64,000 bases of DNA from an uncultured Acidobacteriota bacterium (GTDB lineage: Bacteria; Acidobacteriota; Terriglobia; Acidiferrales; UBA7541): the NCBI GenBank assembly GCA_963701865.1, contig CAVPBO010000002.1, positions 35,239 to 99,238 of the forward strand, written 5' to 3'. A model generated the notes under the pieces. The model was not told where the DNA came from. It was given only the letters and a program-made list of their open reading frames with translations, and searched no databases. The position numbers were made by a program, and so were the translations under genes. This document shows positions 1-10,170 of the stretch, in pieces. Positions within the stretch are counted from its first letter, which is position 1; each line of letters opens with the position of its first letter.

Positions 1-801
1 AGCGACAGCACGGCTTTCTTGAGCGTGGGATCGGATTTATTGAGCGCAGATTCCGGAACGAAACCCGAGATCGCCGCCCGTGGACGCGCTGGCGTCCTCG
101 GAATAGTCCATGGCCAGCTCGGTAAAATCAGCTCCCGTATTGAGCTTCTGGATCAGCATGGCCGCCTTGCGGCCCGCGTCGGCTTCGTTGGTGGCCTTGT
201 CGTTCTTGCGATTGTGAACCGTGGGATCGGGGCGCGGCGTGACCACGATCTGCGCGATGTGGTATTGCGGCTCGGTCACGTTGAATTGCGCGCGGTTCTT
301 ATTGTAGAAGTCGGAAATGTCCTGGTCGGTGATGGAGATTTTCGCGACGACCTCGCGGTTCAGCAGCTTCTGAATCGAGAGCTGGCGGCGAATATCGCTT
401 CGCAGATCGTCCACCGAGAGCCCGGTTTCCTTCAGCTTCTTTTGGAATTCCTCCTCGGTATAGGGACTCTTCGATTCGGTAAATTTATCTTCCACTTCGG
501 CGTCGCTCGCCACCAGGTTCATTTTGTTGGCGCGTTGGAGCAGGATTTCGCTGTTGACGAGTTCATCGAGAATGCTGAGTTGCAGGGAAAGCGCTTCTTC
601 TTGCGAAGGCGAGGGTGCGTCGGCGTTCACGCGGGAACGGAATATCTTTTCGACATCCTGGCGGAGGATTTCTTTGCCGTTCACCACCGCCCACACATCC
701 GGTCCCGGCGCGGAATCTCTCCTGCAGCCGGCGCCAAGCGCGCACGCAATGAGTACCGCGAGAACCAGCGTTGTCCGCTTCAAACCGAGCTCGATCCGCA
801 T
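1..801 (-). CDS. SurA/PpiD-like periplasmic chaperone with parvulin-type PPIase domain (3' end off-window; apparent 1-nt frameshift at 64-66)
   Basis: ORF 37..984(-). The internal ATG at 799-801 gives a lipoprotein-like signal, MRIELGLKRTTLVLAVLIACALGAGC. The longer upstream extension overlaps rpmB and is not used. A SurA_N-like region is followed by the start of a parvulin domain (..STGGDLGF). The in-frame read stops at TAA 37-39. The +1 frame continues GFVPESALNKSDPTLKKAVLS to base 1, implying one extra base in the CCC run at 64-66. Confidence 0.75.
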
Positions 802-812
802 CGGAACCTGCT

Positions 813-1004
813 TCAGGCTGCCTTCTTCACGCGGCCGGCGCGAATGCACGCTGTGCACACGCGAATCTGCTTGCGTGCGCCGTTGATTACCGCACGGACG
901 CGGCGCAGGTTGGGATTCCAGCGCCGCCGGGTGACGTTGTGCGCGTGGCTGATCGTATTGCCATAGAGCGGCTTCTTGCCGCAAAGTTCACATGCCAGTG
1001 CCAT
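813..1004 (-). CDS. rpmB: 50S ribosomal protein L28
   Basis: 63-aa [64 protein letters not shown]. This is the typical bL28 pattern (CxxCGK..G..vSHa.n.T.RrW.PNL). Confidence 0.95.
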   Translation of the reverse strand: MALACELCGKKPLYGNTISHAHNVTRRRWNPNLRRVRAVINGARKQIRVCTACIRAGRVKKAA

Positions 1005-1117
1005 GATTCGGTTGCTCCAGACTGGGAGGATTGAAGAACGCGAAGCCTAATGCTATCAGAAAACCCTTCTAATTCGAACTGATTTAGCCTTCCTTTACAG
1101 TCGCGAATGCCGTAACG

Positions 1118-1160
1118 AAAAAAAAGCCCCATCCTCCCCGGTTCCGGGAAAGGATGGGGC
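1118..1160 (-). terminator. Rho-independent terminator downstream of the decayed TonB receptor
   Basis: 10-bp stem GCCCCATCCT (1126-1135) / AGGATGGGGC (1151-1160). An A8 run at 1118-1125 becomes a U-tract on the minus strand. Confidence 0.7.
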
Positions 1161-1178
1161 TGGTAACGGTTGAAGCGC

Positions 1179-4100
1179 CTAGAACGGAACTTCAAGGCGA
1201 ACTGCATGATGCGCGGAGGCACCGAGCTGCTTTAAATCTGCCGAAGTAGCCACTGCTGCGTTGTTGACCGGCGGATTGAATTGGGCGTGATTCCAGATGT
1301 TGTAGAATTCCGTCCGGAATTGCACGACTCAGTGCCTTCGGTAATTTTTGTGTTCTTGATTAGAGAGATGTCCCAGTTGTTCTGTCCGGGGCCCATGATT
1401 GCGCCGACTTGGGAGTTACCGAAGCCGGTTGCACCGGGAACATCTCCTGGAGTAGTCCCCGCGCAATCCCCTTGGACCGAACCTCCGATGCACGGCGTAT
1501 CCATATATGCGCCGGAGTTGATATATCCCGCATTAGACCCGCAACCAAACGCCGTGGCCTGCCCCGCCGAGAGCGTATTGGGTCCAAGCCGACAGAGCAT
1601 GCTACCCGATGTGCTTAGACCGGTTCCCACGCAGACGCCAAACCCATTGCAGCCCTTGATGTTCGCAGGACTCAACTCGGCTCGCACACCACCACCGCCG
1701 AATGGCAAGCCGGCTGCGCCGTAGTAAATTCTTCCGCCGTTGCCGTCCGTCACGGTAAAGGGCTCGCCATCTTGGATGGTGGTCACACCGGAGATGGTCC
1801 ATCCGCCCAGCAGCTTACCGCTAAGCCCCTCGTGTCTTGTATGGAATGTCGTAGCTGTAAGCAATAACCAAACGTTGCGGACGGTTGAATGCCGCTAGCC
1901 CATACTGCTGACCGAAGTCAAGGGACTGTTGCTGGACGCGCCGCCTGAAAGGACGTTGCCGGGCGCGGAAATACCACCACCAGCCTCAGGGGAGTTGATG
2001 TTCGTGATGGACTTGCTCCATGTGTAAGAAGCCTGCAGCAAGAGCCCGTGGGAGAACTGATGCCTGAAGACTCACCTGCAAGCTGTTGTAGAGGGAGTCG
2101 CCCTTGCGTGGTAGTTGTTGAAGCACCGCCTGTGCCGAAGCCGAGATAGCTCGATGCGGCCTAGCACGTTCGGTCCGCGGTCGTTTTCGTCGAGATCTGA
2201 GTGGCAGGGTTCGTATTGCCGGGATCGTTGAACGGGAAGGAGGTGGGGGTGCCCTGTGCACCGGAACCCAAAACCATTCGCGAGTTTTGTGGATCGGTGC
2301 GGCCCATTCGGGGCATTGGGCTGCAAGGAACGCGATATTGATGGGTCGCGCCCAATCGTAGAGATGGGTGCCGTGCGATCCGACGTACCCTACATCCACA
2401 ATCCAGTTCTTGAAAACTTCATATTGCAAGTCAAGATTGTACTGCTGAACCAGCGGCACACCCAGAAGCTCGGTGTCGGAAGTGCCTCCGAAGCCATTGC
2501 CGCCCTGGTTATCCGTGATCATCGTAGCGCCGGTAGTTGCACTCCCGGCGACAACTTGCAACGTGCGAGGTGATCCATCCAGGATACCTCCAGTCCCGGC
2601 AGCGAGGGTACTGTCGGATGAGTTCGCCGGGAAAGCAGGTTCCGAAACCGTTATAGGGTGGGTTACCTGCGTTATTGTTGGCCAGCAGGTTCGCGTATAC
2701 CGCGTCGTAGAAGATGCCGTAACCGGCGCGCACCACAAGTTTTTCGCCGAACGGCTGCCACGCCACTCCGATCCGCGGTCCAAAGTCGTTGAGCGGCGAG
2801 CCCGTGCACGAGAGTTTTATTGTTGTTGAAGAGCACGCCCGTGGCTCCGCCGGGATAACCCGGGATAGATGCCGGCCGGTGCCGCCAATCCGCACGCGGT
2901 GCGTGCCAGTGGATTCCGCACGCTAGCGATGTTGGGATTGTAATTCGATTGAACGACGTAACCCGGTAGTGTTCCGACCGTGTTATTAGCCGTGCCGGGA
3001 CCATTGGTGACCTCGTCGCCCAGGAAGAAAGAACCCGTGTTCTCCTGGAGAAGCTGGCTGGTCCAAACGTTGGTGAACAGACCCGTGCATCGGAGGGATA
3101 TCCATCGTATTCCCACCGAAGGCCCAGATTCACGGTGAGCTTGCTGGTTACCTTGATGTCGTCTTGCCGCGAACGCGGAGAACTCATTTGTTCGCTGGTC
3201 GTGCGTGTTGCCGTTCGTTGAGGAGTCCATAGAAATTGACGAGAATTCCATCCGGAGCCGCTGCCGTGCCGGTGCTGGGTCGCCGCTTGAACTAGTCAGG
3301 AAGTCGGCCACGCGTCGGATAAATCAGACCGCCTCTTCCCGGCAGCGTCCAGTTGTACTGGATTCGATCCAATTCACCTCCTGCGCGAATCGCGTGCTTG
3401 CCGTGGTTCCAGGAAATCTGGTCCTTGTCCCTGAAAGGTGTTGAAGAAGTTGGTGGCCGAAGCGAAGAAGTTCCCGCCCGTGTTCAGCGGGCCCTGTGAG
3501 AACCGGTGTGCGCCGTCCGCGAGATAAGTCGGAAGGCCGGCAAGATCGAAAGCGTCGGAATCTGCAACTGGTATCGGGTTTAGATTGTTGAGCTGGCAAT
3601 GTTGGCGCAATCGCCGATTGGCAAGCGGCGGAGTGATTCCCACGGCGCAAGCGGTTATGTAATTACCCGGGCGGCGCCCGTGGTGGCTCGCTGGAATGAG
3701 AACAATGCCTTCGTTGACGAAGTTACTAGTCGCCACGGTCGTCAGCTTAAGCACTCCGCTGTCGGCCGTGTAATCAACGTCTTCCGGCGCGCCCGGAGCG
3801 CAGCTATTCACGCAGGGACCCAATGCCCGCCAAGGCAAACAAAGGACTGGACCTGCGGATCCTTGGAGTGAAGAACCGTTCCGAAAGCGTGTTCTTGCTC
3901 GAAATCACGTAATCGAAGTTGGCCAGGTACTGATCCTCGTTTGCGCGAGTCGGTTCGAGCGAAGGACAATGCGAGTTCGGTCGAGACGGCACCGATTATC
4001 GGTAACGGGCGCACCGGGAAATAGAAACCTTGGTTGAAGCCGCCCTTGGGTCCGGCAAGCTGAAGGATATTGATCGCGACTTGGTTGATGTTCGAACCAT

Positions 4101-5357
4101 TCGCAGCTACTGGAACCCGGTTCCCAAGCGCCGAAGGACTGAGAGTAGACAGAGACCTCCGCAAACGCGCATCCCAGATAATGCCCGGTACGTCGGTAGT
4201 TGCACGGCGCAGCTCCGGCAGACGTAGTTCGTGGGAATAGTAGCCGGCTCTCATCTTCGCCGCGGGTCCCGATCGCGGCTAGCGTGAAGGGCAGGAATTG
4301 AGTCCAGTGCTGAGACCGGTAGCGAAGCCGTTGGTGCCGACCGCGTTCAGCTGGCGGAATCCCTGATACGAGCCGAAGAAGAACAGCTTGTCTTTCTTGA
4401 TTGGGCCGCCGATCGTGCCGCCGAACATGTTTTCATTCAAGTTTCCGGTTTGTTTGCGCTGGCCGAGCGTTCGCGTTCATCGGCTTAGCTCTGGTGATTG
4501 AAGATGTCGTTTGCGTCCAGGGCGCTGTTCCGGAAAAATTCCCATGCGGCGCCGTGGAAATTGTTGCGTGCCGCCCTTGGTGACGACGTTGACGCTGGCG
4601 CCGGGGTTCCGGCCATATTCCGCGTCGTATTGCGACGTCTGAATCTTGAACTCCTGAATCGAGTCCGGATTCGGAATGCCGATTCCGGGGAAGTTGCCGG
4701 ACTGCGCCCCGCCGCCGCTGCCGTAGTTCGTGACCGTGGCGCCGTCCATCATGTAGTTGTTCTGGTCGGAACCCATTCCGTTTACGTTGATATCCTGCGT
4801 GCCATTGCCCACCGCAGCGGCGCTGGCGACGTTCGCGACGACGCCCGGTGAAAGGTCAATGATCTGCGTATAGTTGCGCGAGCTGAGCGGCAGGTCGGTT
4901 ACTTCCTTCGCTCCGACCAGCGCTGCCGACCGTGGCGTTCTGCGTCTGGATTGTCTCGGTAGTGGATTCGACGGTTACTTGCTCGGTTTGCGCTCCGACC
5001 TCGAGCTTTTGATTCAGCACCGGGGTTTCCGTGATGTTCACGGTAACCGACGGAACTTGCGGAGGTCTTAAAGCCCGAAGCGGAGAACTTAAGCGAGTAG
5101 TTGCCTGCGCTGCAAGCAGCGAGAACTTGTACGCGCCGCTCGCGTCGGTGGTGACCGAACGCTCCTGGCCAGTGCCAAGATTGGTCGCGGTGACGGTGGC
5201 GCCGACAATGACGCCGCCGGATGGATCAGTGACCGTTCCCGTCAGCCCGCCGGTCGTGCCAGATTGAGCCGAGACGAGGTGACACGCAAAGGAAGAGCAC
5301 CGCGAGGCAAACCAAAAACGAGCATGCGAAATTCGAACCTACAAATTGCTTAATCAT
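1179..5357 (-). pseudogene. TonB-dependent receptor (CarboxypepD_reg + plug + barrel), heavily frameshifted paralog of 16035..20186
   Basis: Minus-strand ORF fragments 1232..1864, 1986..2783, 2509..2895, 2672..3187, 2817..3311, 3374..3838, 3808..4254, 4477..4812 and 4856..5041 are collinear with the intact paralog. Example: ITETPVLNQKLEVGAQTEQVTVESTTE versus VTETPVLDQKLEVGGQSIQVTVESTTE. Example: GIGIPNPDSIQEFKIQTSQYDAEYGRNPGASVNVVTKGGT versus GIAIPNPDAIQEFKVQTSQYDASSGRNPGANVDVVTKTGT. ATG at 5355-5357 gives signal peptide MIKQFVGSNFACSFLVCLAVLF. The C-terminus PPRIMQFALKFR is followed by an out-of-frame TAG at 1179-1181. Confidence 0.85.
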
Positions 5358-5569
5358 GACCACCCCCCAAAATTTTAAACCCACCGTAAAACTATTCACA
5401 TTTGTCGACCGCGCACCCCAAGTACGCTGCGCGACAAATCATTACCCGGCGAAACGGACTACAGCATACAACGACCGCTACCGGATTAGGTACTCGGGAA
5501 ATATCACAAGGGTGAAGGGGGTGTCAAGGAGATTTGGGATTTGCCGGCCGGGAGCCAATCGGCTGGTAC

Positions 5570-6958
5570 TTAGCGCTTTTGCCCTACCAGGCCCGCGATC
5601 GTGTCCATCAAGTCGAACTTCGTGAGTACTTCGAGATTTCCCGTTTCCATTTCGACGAAGACCGCCGGGCTTTCGTGGCTGAGCAGATGGGTGACGCGCT
5701 CGACCGGCGCATTAGAAGGCACCTGCGGCAGCGCCGGGCCCATCACTTCGCGGACAATCAGCTTGCGCAGGTCTTTCCCCTGCAGCGCGAGATTCAGAAT
5801 CTTGTCCTCGAACATGGTTCCGATGGAGCGATCATCCTCGAAGACGGGAATCTGCGAAATATCCTGCTGCTGCATCGTCTGCAGCGCCTGAAAAACGGTG
5901 CGATTGGGTCCGACGAACATCAGATCGCGCGTCTTGCCGTTCTGCCGCTTCACGCGAATCACGTCGGCTGCCGTGAGCGTCACTTCCGTATCCGCGTAGC
6001 CGAGCTCGCGCATCCAGCCATCATTATATATTTTGCTCAGGTAGCGGCTGCCGGAGTCCGGCAGAAACGCAACGACGAGATCGCCCTTGCGGCAATCCTT
6101 GGCCACGCGCAGCGCCGCGGAAACGCAGCCGCCGCCGGAGCCGCCGGTGAAAATACCCTCGCGTTTCGCGAGCCGCCGCGCCCACAGGAAGCATTCTTCG
6201 TCGTTCACCTGCATCACGTCGTCCAGCACCGAGAAATCCATCGTCGCCGGCAGAATGTCTTCGCCGATTCCTTCCACCACGTAGGTGCGCGCCTTGCCGA
6301 TGTTGCCCGTCTTCCAATATTCGTAATAGAGCGAGCCGTGCGGATCCACGCCGATGACTTTCACTTTCGGATTCTGTTCCTTGAGGAAGCGTCCCACGCC
6401 GGTGGCCGTGCCGCCCGTTCCCAGGCCGCAGACAAAATGCGTGATTTTTCCTTCGGTATCTTTCCAGATTTCCGGGCCGGTGGTGCGATAGTGGGCCTCC
6501 GGATTCGCGGGATTCTCGTATTGATTCGGGTAGTACGCGTTGGGAATTTCGCGCGCCAGTTTTTTCGCCACGGAATAATAGCTGCGCGGATCTTCCGGCT
6601 CGACCGCCGTGGGGCATACAATCACTTCGGCGCCGAACGCTTTCAGCATGTTGATTTTTTCGCGCGATTGCTTGTCGGTGATCGTGAAGACGACTTTGTA
6701 TCCTCGCACCGCGGCGACCAGCGCGAGCCCCATGCCCGTGTTGCCAGAGGTCCCTTCGACAATCGTTCCGCCGGGCCTCAACAGGCCCTTGCGCTCGGCT
6801 TCGTCAATCATCCAGACGGCGATGCGGTCCTTCATCGAGCCGCCGGGATTGAGGTAGTCCGCCTTCACGTACACCTCGGCGGGCAAATCCTTGGTCACGC
6901 GATTCAGCCGGATGAGGGGGGTGTGGCCGATGGCGTCGAGAATGTTATTGCACTTCAC
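5570..6958 (-). CDS. Cystathionine beta-synthase (PLP-dependent CysK-fold domain plus C-terminal CBS pair)
   Basis: Intact 462-aa ORF. N-terminal half is cysteine-synthase-like (GHTPLIRL, NPGGSMKDR, GNTG, GTGGT). C-terminal half looks like a tandem CBS domain. Confidence 0.9.
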   Translation of the reverse strand: MKCNNILDAIGHTPLIRLNRVTKDLPAEVYVKADYLNPGGSMKDRIAVWMIDEAERKGLLRPGGTIVEGTSGNTGMGLALVAAVRGYKVVFTITDKQSREKINMLKAFGAEVIVCPTAVEPEDPRSYYSVAKKLAREIPNAYYPNQYENPANPEAHYRTTGPEIWKDTEGKITHFVCGLGTGGTATGVGRFLKEQNPKVKVIGVDPHGSLYYEYWKTGNIGKARTYVVEGIGEDILPATMDFSVLDDVMQVNDEECFLWARRLAKREGIFTGGSGGGCVSAALRVAKDCRKGDLVVAFLPDSGSRYLSKIYNDGWMRELGYADTEVTLTAADVIRVKRQNGKTRDLMFVGPNRTVFQALQTMQQQDISQIPVFEDDRSIGTMFEDKILNLALQGKDLRKLIVREVMGPALPQVPSNAPVERVTHLLSHESPAVFVEMETGNLEVLTKFDLMDTIAGLVGQKR

Positions 6959-7098
6959 GAGGGAGCGTTTCTCCTGAAAAATTTCCGGCTAGCGAGTAGA
7001 TTAGAGGCTTCACGAATGGCTGTCCAGCAGCAGTTTCCGTCGTGCCCTTGGTTGCGTGCGGCAACGACGCCGGCACGGCGTGCTATGCTTTTCCGAGC

Positions 7099-7522
7099 AT
7101 GTCACCAGTCGCCTCAAACGCCGAAATCCTTTTCTACGATGGCCACTGTGGGCTGTGCCATGGCGCGGTCAAGTTTGTCCTAAAGCACGACCACTCGGGC
7201 AGCGCGTTCCGCTTCGCTCCTCTGCAGGGCGCCACATTTCAATCGCGGGTTCCCGCCAGCCGCGCGTGCGGAACTGCCCGATAGCGTCGTCGTGCTCACT
7301 GACGACGGAACCCTGCTCGTGCGCTCGAATGCGTTCGTTCACATTCTGCGGCGACTGGGCGGCGGCTGGCGGATTCTGGCTGGTATCATTGCAGTGATTC
7401 CGCGGCCGTTGCGTGACGTGGTCTATGATTTCATCGCGCGAATTCGTTATCGTGTATTCGGCAAGCGCAACGATTTGTGTCCGATCGTGCCGCTCGATTT
7501 GCGCGCCCGCTTCGATCCGTAA
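7099..7522 (+). CDS. DCC-family thiol-disulfide oxidoreductase (DUF393), one frameshift
   Basis: ORF 7042..7284 carries [32 protein letters not shown] 7292..7522 carries the family C-terminus ([33 protein letters not shown]). They join if one G is removed from the GGG run at 7247-7249 (..[23 protein letters not shown]..). Confidence 0.75.
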
Positions 7523-7539
7523 TGCCAACAGGAGGAATC

Positions 7540-7932
7540 ATGGAACGGAAGAACATTTCGTCCGGCGCGCCTTGGGAGCCGATTATCGGCTATTCGCGGG
7601 CGGTGCGCGTAGGTCCGCACATTTTCGTTTCGGGCACGACGGCCACTGGCGACGAAGGCCAGATCGTCGGCGTGGGCGATCCCTACGCGCAAACGATCCA
7701 GGCCCTGCGTAACATCGAATCGGCACTCGAGAAGGCCGGCGCGAAGTTGACCGACGTGGTGCGGACGCGCCTGTTCGTCACGCATATCGCGGACTGGGAA
7801 AAGATCGGCCGCGCGCACGGCGAAGTCTTCGGGACGATTCGCCCGGTAACTGCGATGGTTGAGGTCAGCCGCCTGATCGCCCCAAACATGCTCGTTGAGA
7901 TCGAGGCGGACGCAATCGTTGCCGGGGGGTAG
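7540..7932 (+). CDS. RidA/YjgF-family protein
   Basis: ATG at 7540 follows [41 protein letters not shown]...[20 protein letters not shown] is typical of the YjgF/RidA fold. Confidence 0.9.
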   Translation: MERKNISSGAPWEPIIGYSRAVRVGPHIFVSGTTATGDEGQIVGVGDPYAQTIQALRNIESALEKAGAKLTDVVRTRLFVTHIADWEKIGRAHGEVFGTIRPVTAMVEVSRLIAPNMLVEIEADAIVAGG

Positions 7933-7962
7933 GAACGCGCCCGCCCGGCGCGTGTTCCCTAC
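7929..7962. terminator. Imperfect GC-rich hairpin between convergent genes
   Basis: GTAGGAACGCGCC..GGCGCGTGTTCCCTAC overlaps the RidA stop codon. It lies between convergent RidA (+) and the ABC ATPase (-). No clear U-tract. Confidence 0.45.
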
Positions 7963-8144
7963 GCAGTTCTGCAAATTTTACTCGCCCCGCGGATAAGCCG
8001 CTGGAATAACAGCCCTGCAATCAGTCTCCTGCAGTCATCCGGTTTGGAATCTTTATTGCCTCAGTGGCGGCGTGAGTTAATTCCTCGTTACGTGCGAGAC
8101 CCGACTACCCCCTAATACACGCACGGGTCTCGCACGCCCACCTC

Positions 8145-8832
8145 TTAACCGGCGACACGCCCGTCCAACAAATGAATCGTGCGATCGGCGGATTCAGCAT
8201 ACCGAGGGTCGTGGGTAACCATGCAGATTGTTGCGCCCTCACCGTGCAACTGACGCAAGCAGCTCCATCACCGCTTCGCTGTTTTTCGAATCCAAATTTC
8301 CCGTAGGCTCGTCCGCGAGCAGAATCGAGGGCTGGCCCGCCAGCGCTCGCGCCACTGCCACGCGCTGCTGCTGGCCGCCGGAAAGCTGCGCGGGGTAGTG
8401 CTTTGCGCGGTGCGCCATGCCGATGCGCTCGAGCACTTCCTGAACACGCCGTTTCCGTTCCGCAGCGCCCATGCTTCGGTACGTCAGCGGCAAGTTCGAC
8501 GTTTTCAGAAACGGTGAGATCGCCGATCAGATTGAACGCCTGAAAAATGAATCCGATCTCTCGATTGCGAATGCGCGTGCGCTCCGCGAGAGAAAGATTC
8601 TCCACGGCGTCCGCATGAATCCAGTAGCTACCTTCGCGTCGGAGAATCGAGCAGGCCGAGAATGGAAAGCAGCGTGGATTTTCCGCAGCCCGAGGGACCA
8701 GCGATGGAAACAAACTCGCCGCTCGTGATTTCAAGGTGCACGTCGCTCAGAGCATGCGTTTCGACTTCATCGTGCATGAAACACTTTGGTGACGCCTTCG
8801 AGGCGAATCAATGGCTGCGCCGTCACGTCCAT
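8145..8832 (-). pseudogene. ABC transporter ATP-binding protein (MacB/LolD type), about 4 frameshifts
   Basis: Reassembled from three minus frames: [19 protein letters not shown] / [45 protein letters not shown] / [48 protein letters not shown] / [44 protein letters not shown] / [36 protein letters not shown]. Walker A, Q-loop, signature and Walker B motifs are all present. Frame changes are near 8775, 8638, 8490 and 8257. RBS GGAAGGAG precedes the ATG at 8830-8832. Confidence 0.85.
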
Positions 8833-8879
8833 TTCTTGCTCCTTCCTTGCAATAGCCGCGGCAAGGCAGCCGACGTTGG

Positions 8880-10145
8880 TCATTTCAGTTGTACTCGGTC
8901 GAAATTGTCCGAAGCCGACATGTCCGACAGAATCACATTGTCGCCGATCTCTAATCCCTTCCGTATTTCCACCGTGTTCACAGACGCACGCCCCAACACC
9001 ACGGAAACACGCATCGCCTCCTTGCCGCCATCCACAAGCTTGAATAGTCCAATCGTGCTTTCCGCGTCGCCGTGCACCGGCCGGCCGACGTACAGAACAT
9101 CCCTCAGATCCTCGATTTCAATCGTGCCCTCGACGCTCAGTTGCGGTACCGCGCCTGGAGGCAGCGCCCCATCCAACTTGACGTCCACTGTGCGCGTTCC
9201 ATTCAACACGGCCGGATCGATCCGGATCACGTGCCCCGGAATCAGCCCATTGTGCGTGTCGATGGACGCTTTCTGTCCGATCGTCAGATCTTTTGCCTGC
9301 GTCTCGGCAATCTGCAGCGCGGCTTTCAGCTGTGTCGGCTGCGCCACCTTCAGCAACACGGTTCCCTGCGCTACTTGTTGCCCCACGTCCACATCCAGTT
9401 CCTGCAACACTCCGTCGATGCCCGGCCTGACATGCAATTCGTCGAGCTGCGATTTCTTCAATTGATAGAGCGCCTGCTTCTGATCGACAGTCGCCTGCTG
9501 CACCGCCAGTTGCGCGTCAATTGAGTTTGCGAACGTTTCCACTTCCTTCTGCGCCAGATCGTTCTGTTTCTCCAGTTCCTCGCCCTGCACCTCCGCTGTT
9601 TTCACGTCCAGCGTGGCAGCCAGACCATTTTTCAGCAGCTGCTCCTTCGCGTCTTTTTGCATCTCCGCCGTGCGGTATTGCGAAGAAATCGACGCCGCCT
9701 GCGTTCTCTTGTCCATCAACTGATTCTGCAGTTGCGCCTTCGTTTGTTCGACCGACGCCTCCGCGCCCTTCAATTGATACTCCGCGTCCAGCGTTTCTTG
9801 TTCCAATTGCGGATTGGTTAGATCAAGAATCACCGTGTCCGCCTTCACCGGAGTTCCGGGCAGCAGATAGCGTTTTGCCACTCTTCCTTCCGTCGCCGCC
9901 GGCACAGTCCAGGTCGTTTCCGGCACCAGCGTTCCCAGCCCGCGCACTTCCAGCATCATCGGTCCGCGCTTCACCGTGTCCGTCCACACCGCAGTGCGGT
10001 CCACGCTCGGCGCCGCCGGCTTCAGCCGCGCCAGCGCGATCGTAATCACCGCAGCGAGCAGGAGTCCCAGTCCGGCATAGATTAGTCGCCGCGTTCGCGT
10101 CCGTTTCCTGTCCTCGGGTCTCGCTATGTCCATGTCCCTAAGCAC
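8880..10145 (-). CDS. HlyD/MacA-family periplasmic adaptor
   Basis: Intact 421-aa ORF. It has an N-terminal TM segment (LIYAGLGLLLAAVITIAL), a long coiled-coil segment (QLEQETLDAEYQLKGAEASVEQTKAQLQNQL...) and beta-barrel-like ends. Confidence 0.85.
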   Translation of the reverse strand: MLRDMDIARPEDRKRTRTRRLIYAGLGLLLAAVITIALARLKPAAPSVDRTAVWTDTVKRGPMMLEVRGLGTLVPETTWTVPAATEGRVAKRYLLPGTPVKADTVILDLTNPQLEQETLDAEYQLKGAEASVEQTKAQLQNQLMDKRTQAASISSQYRTAEMQKDAKEQLLKNGLAATLDVKTAEVQGEELEKQNDLAQKEVETFANSIDAQLAVQQATVDQKQALYQLKKSQLDELHVRPGIDGVLQELDVDVGQQVAQGTVLLKVAQPTQLKAALQIAETQAKDLTIGQKASIDTHNGLIPGHVIRIDPAVLNGTRTVDVKLDGALPPGAVPQLSVEGTIEIEDLRDVLYVGRPVHGDAESTIGLFKLVDGGKEAMRVSVVLGRASVNTVEIRKGLEIGDNVILSDMSASDNFDRVQLK

Positions 10146-10170
10146 TCACCGCTAGTCTCTCGTCACTGTT

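Noticed and set aside
887-1222. 111-aa minus ORF starting MPPRIMQFALKFRS
   Set aside because: The first 12 residues are the C-terminus of the decayed TonB receptor. A 1-nt deletion hides its TAG (1179-1181), and the ORF then runs through the terminator hairpin into the rpmB leader. It is not an independent gene.
5534-7183. 549-aa plus-strand ORF
   Set aside because: It is antisense to the well-supported cystathionine beta-synthase gene. Its Arg/Ala/His-rich low-complexity translation is typical of shadow ORFs in GC-rich DNA.
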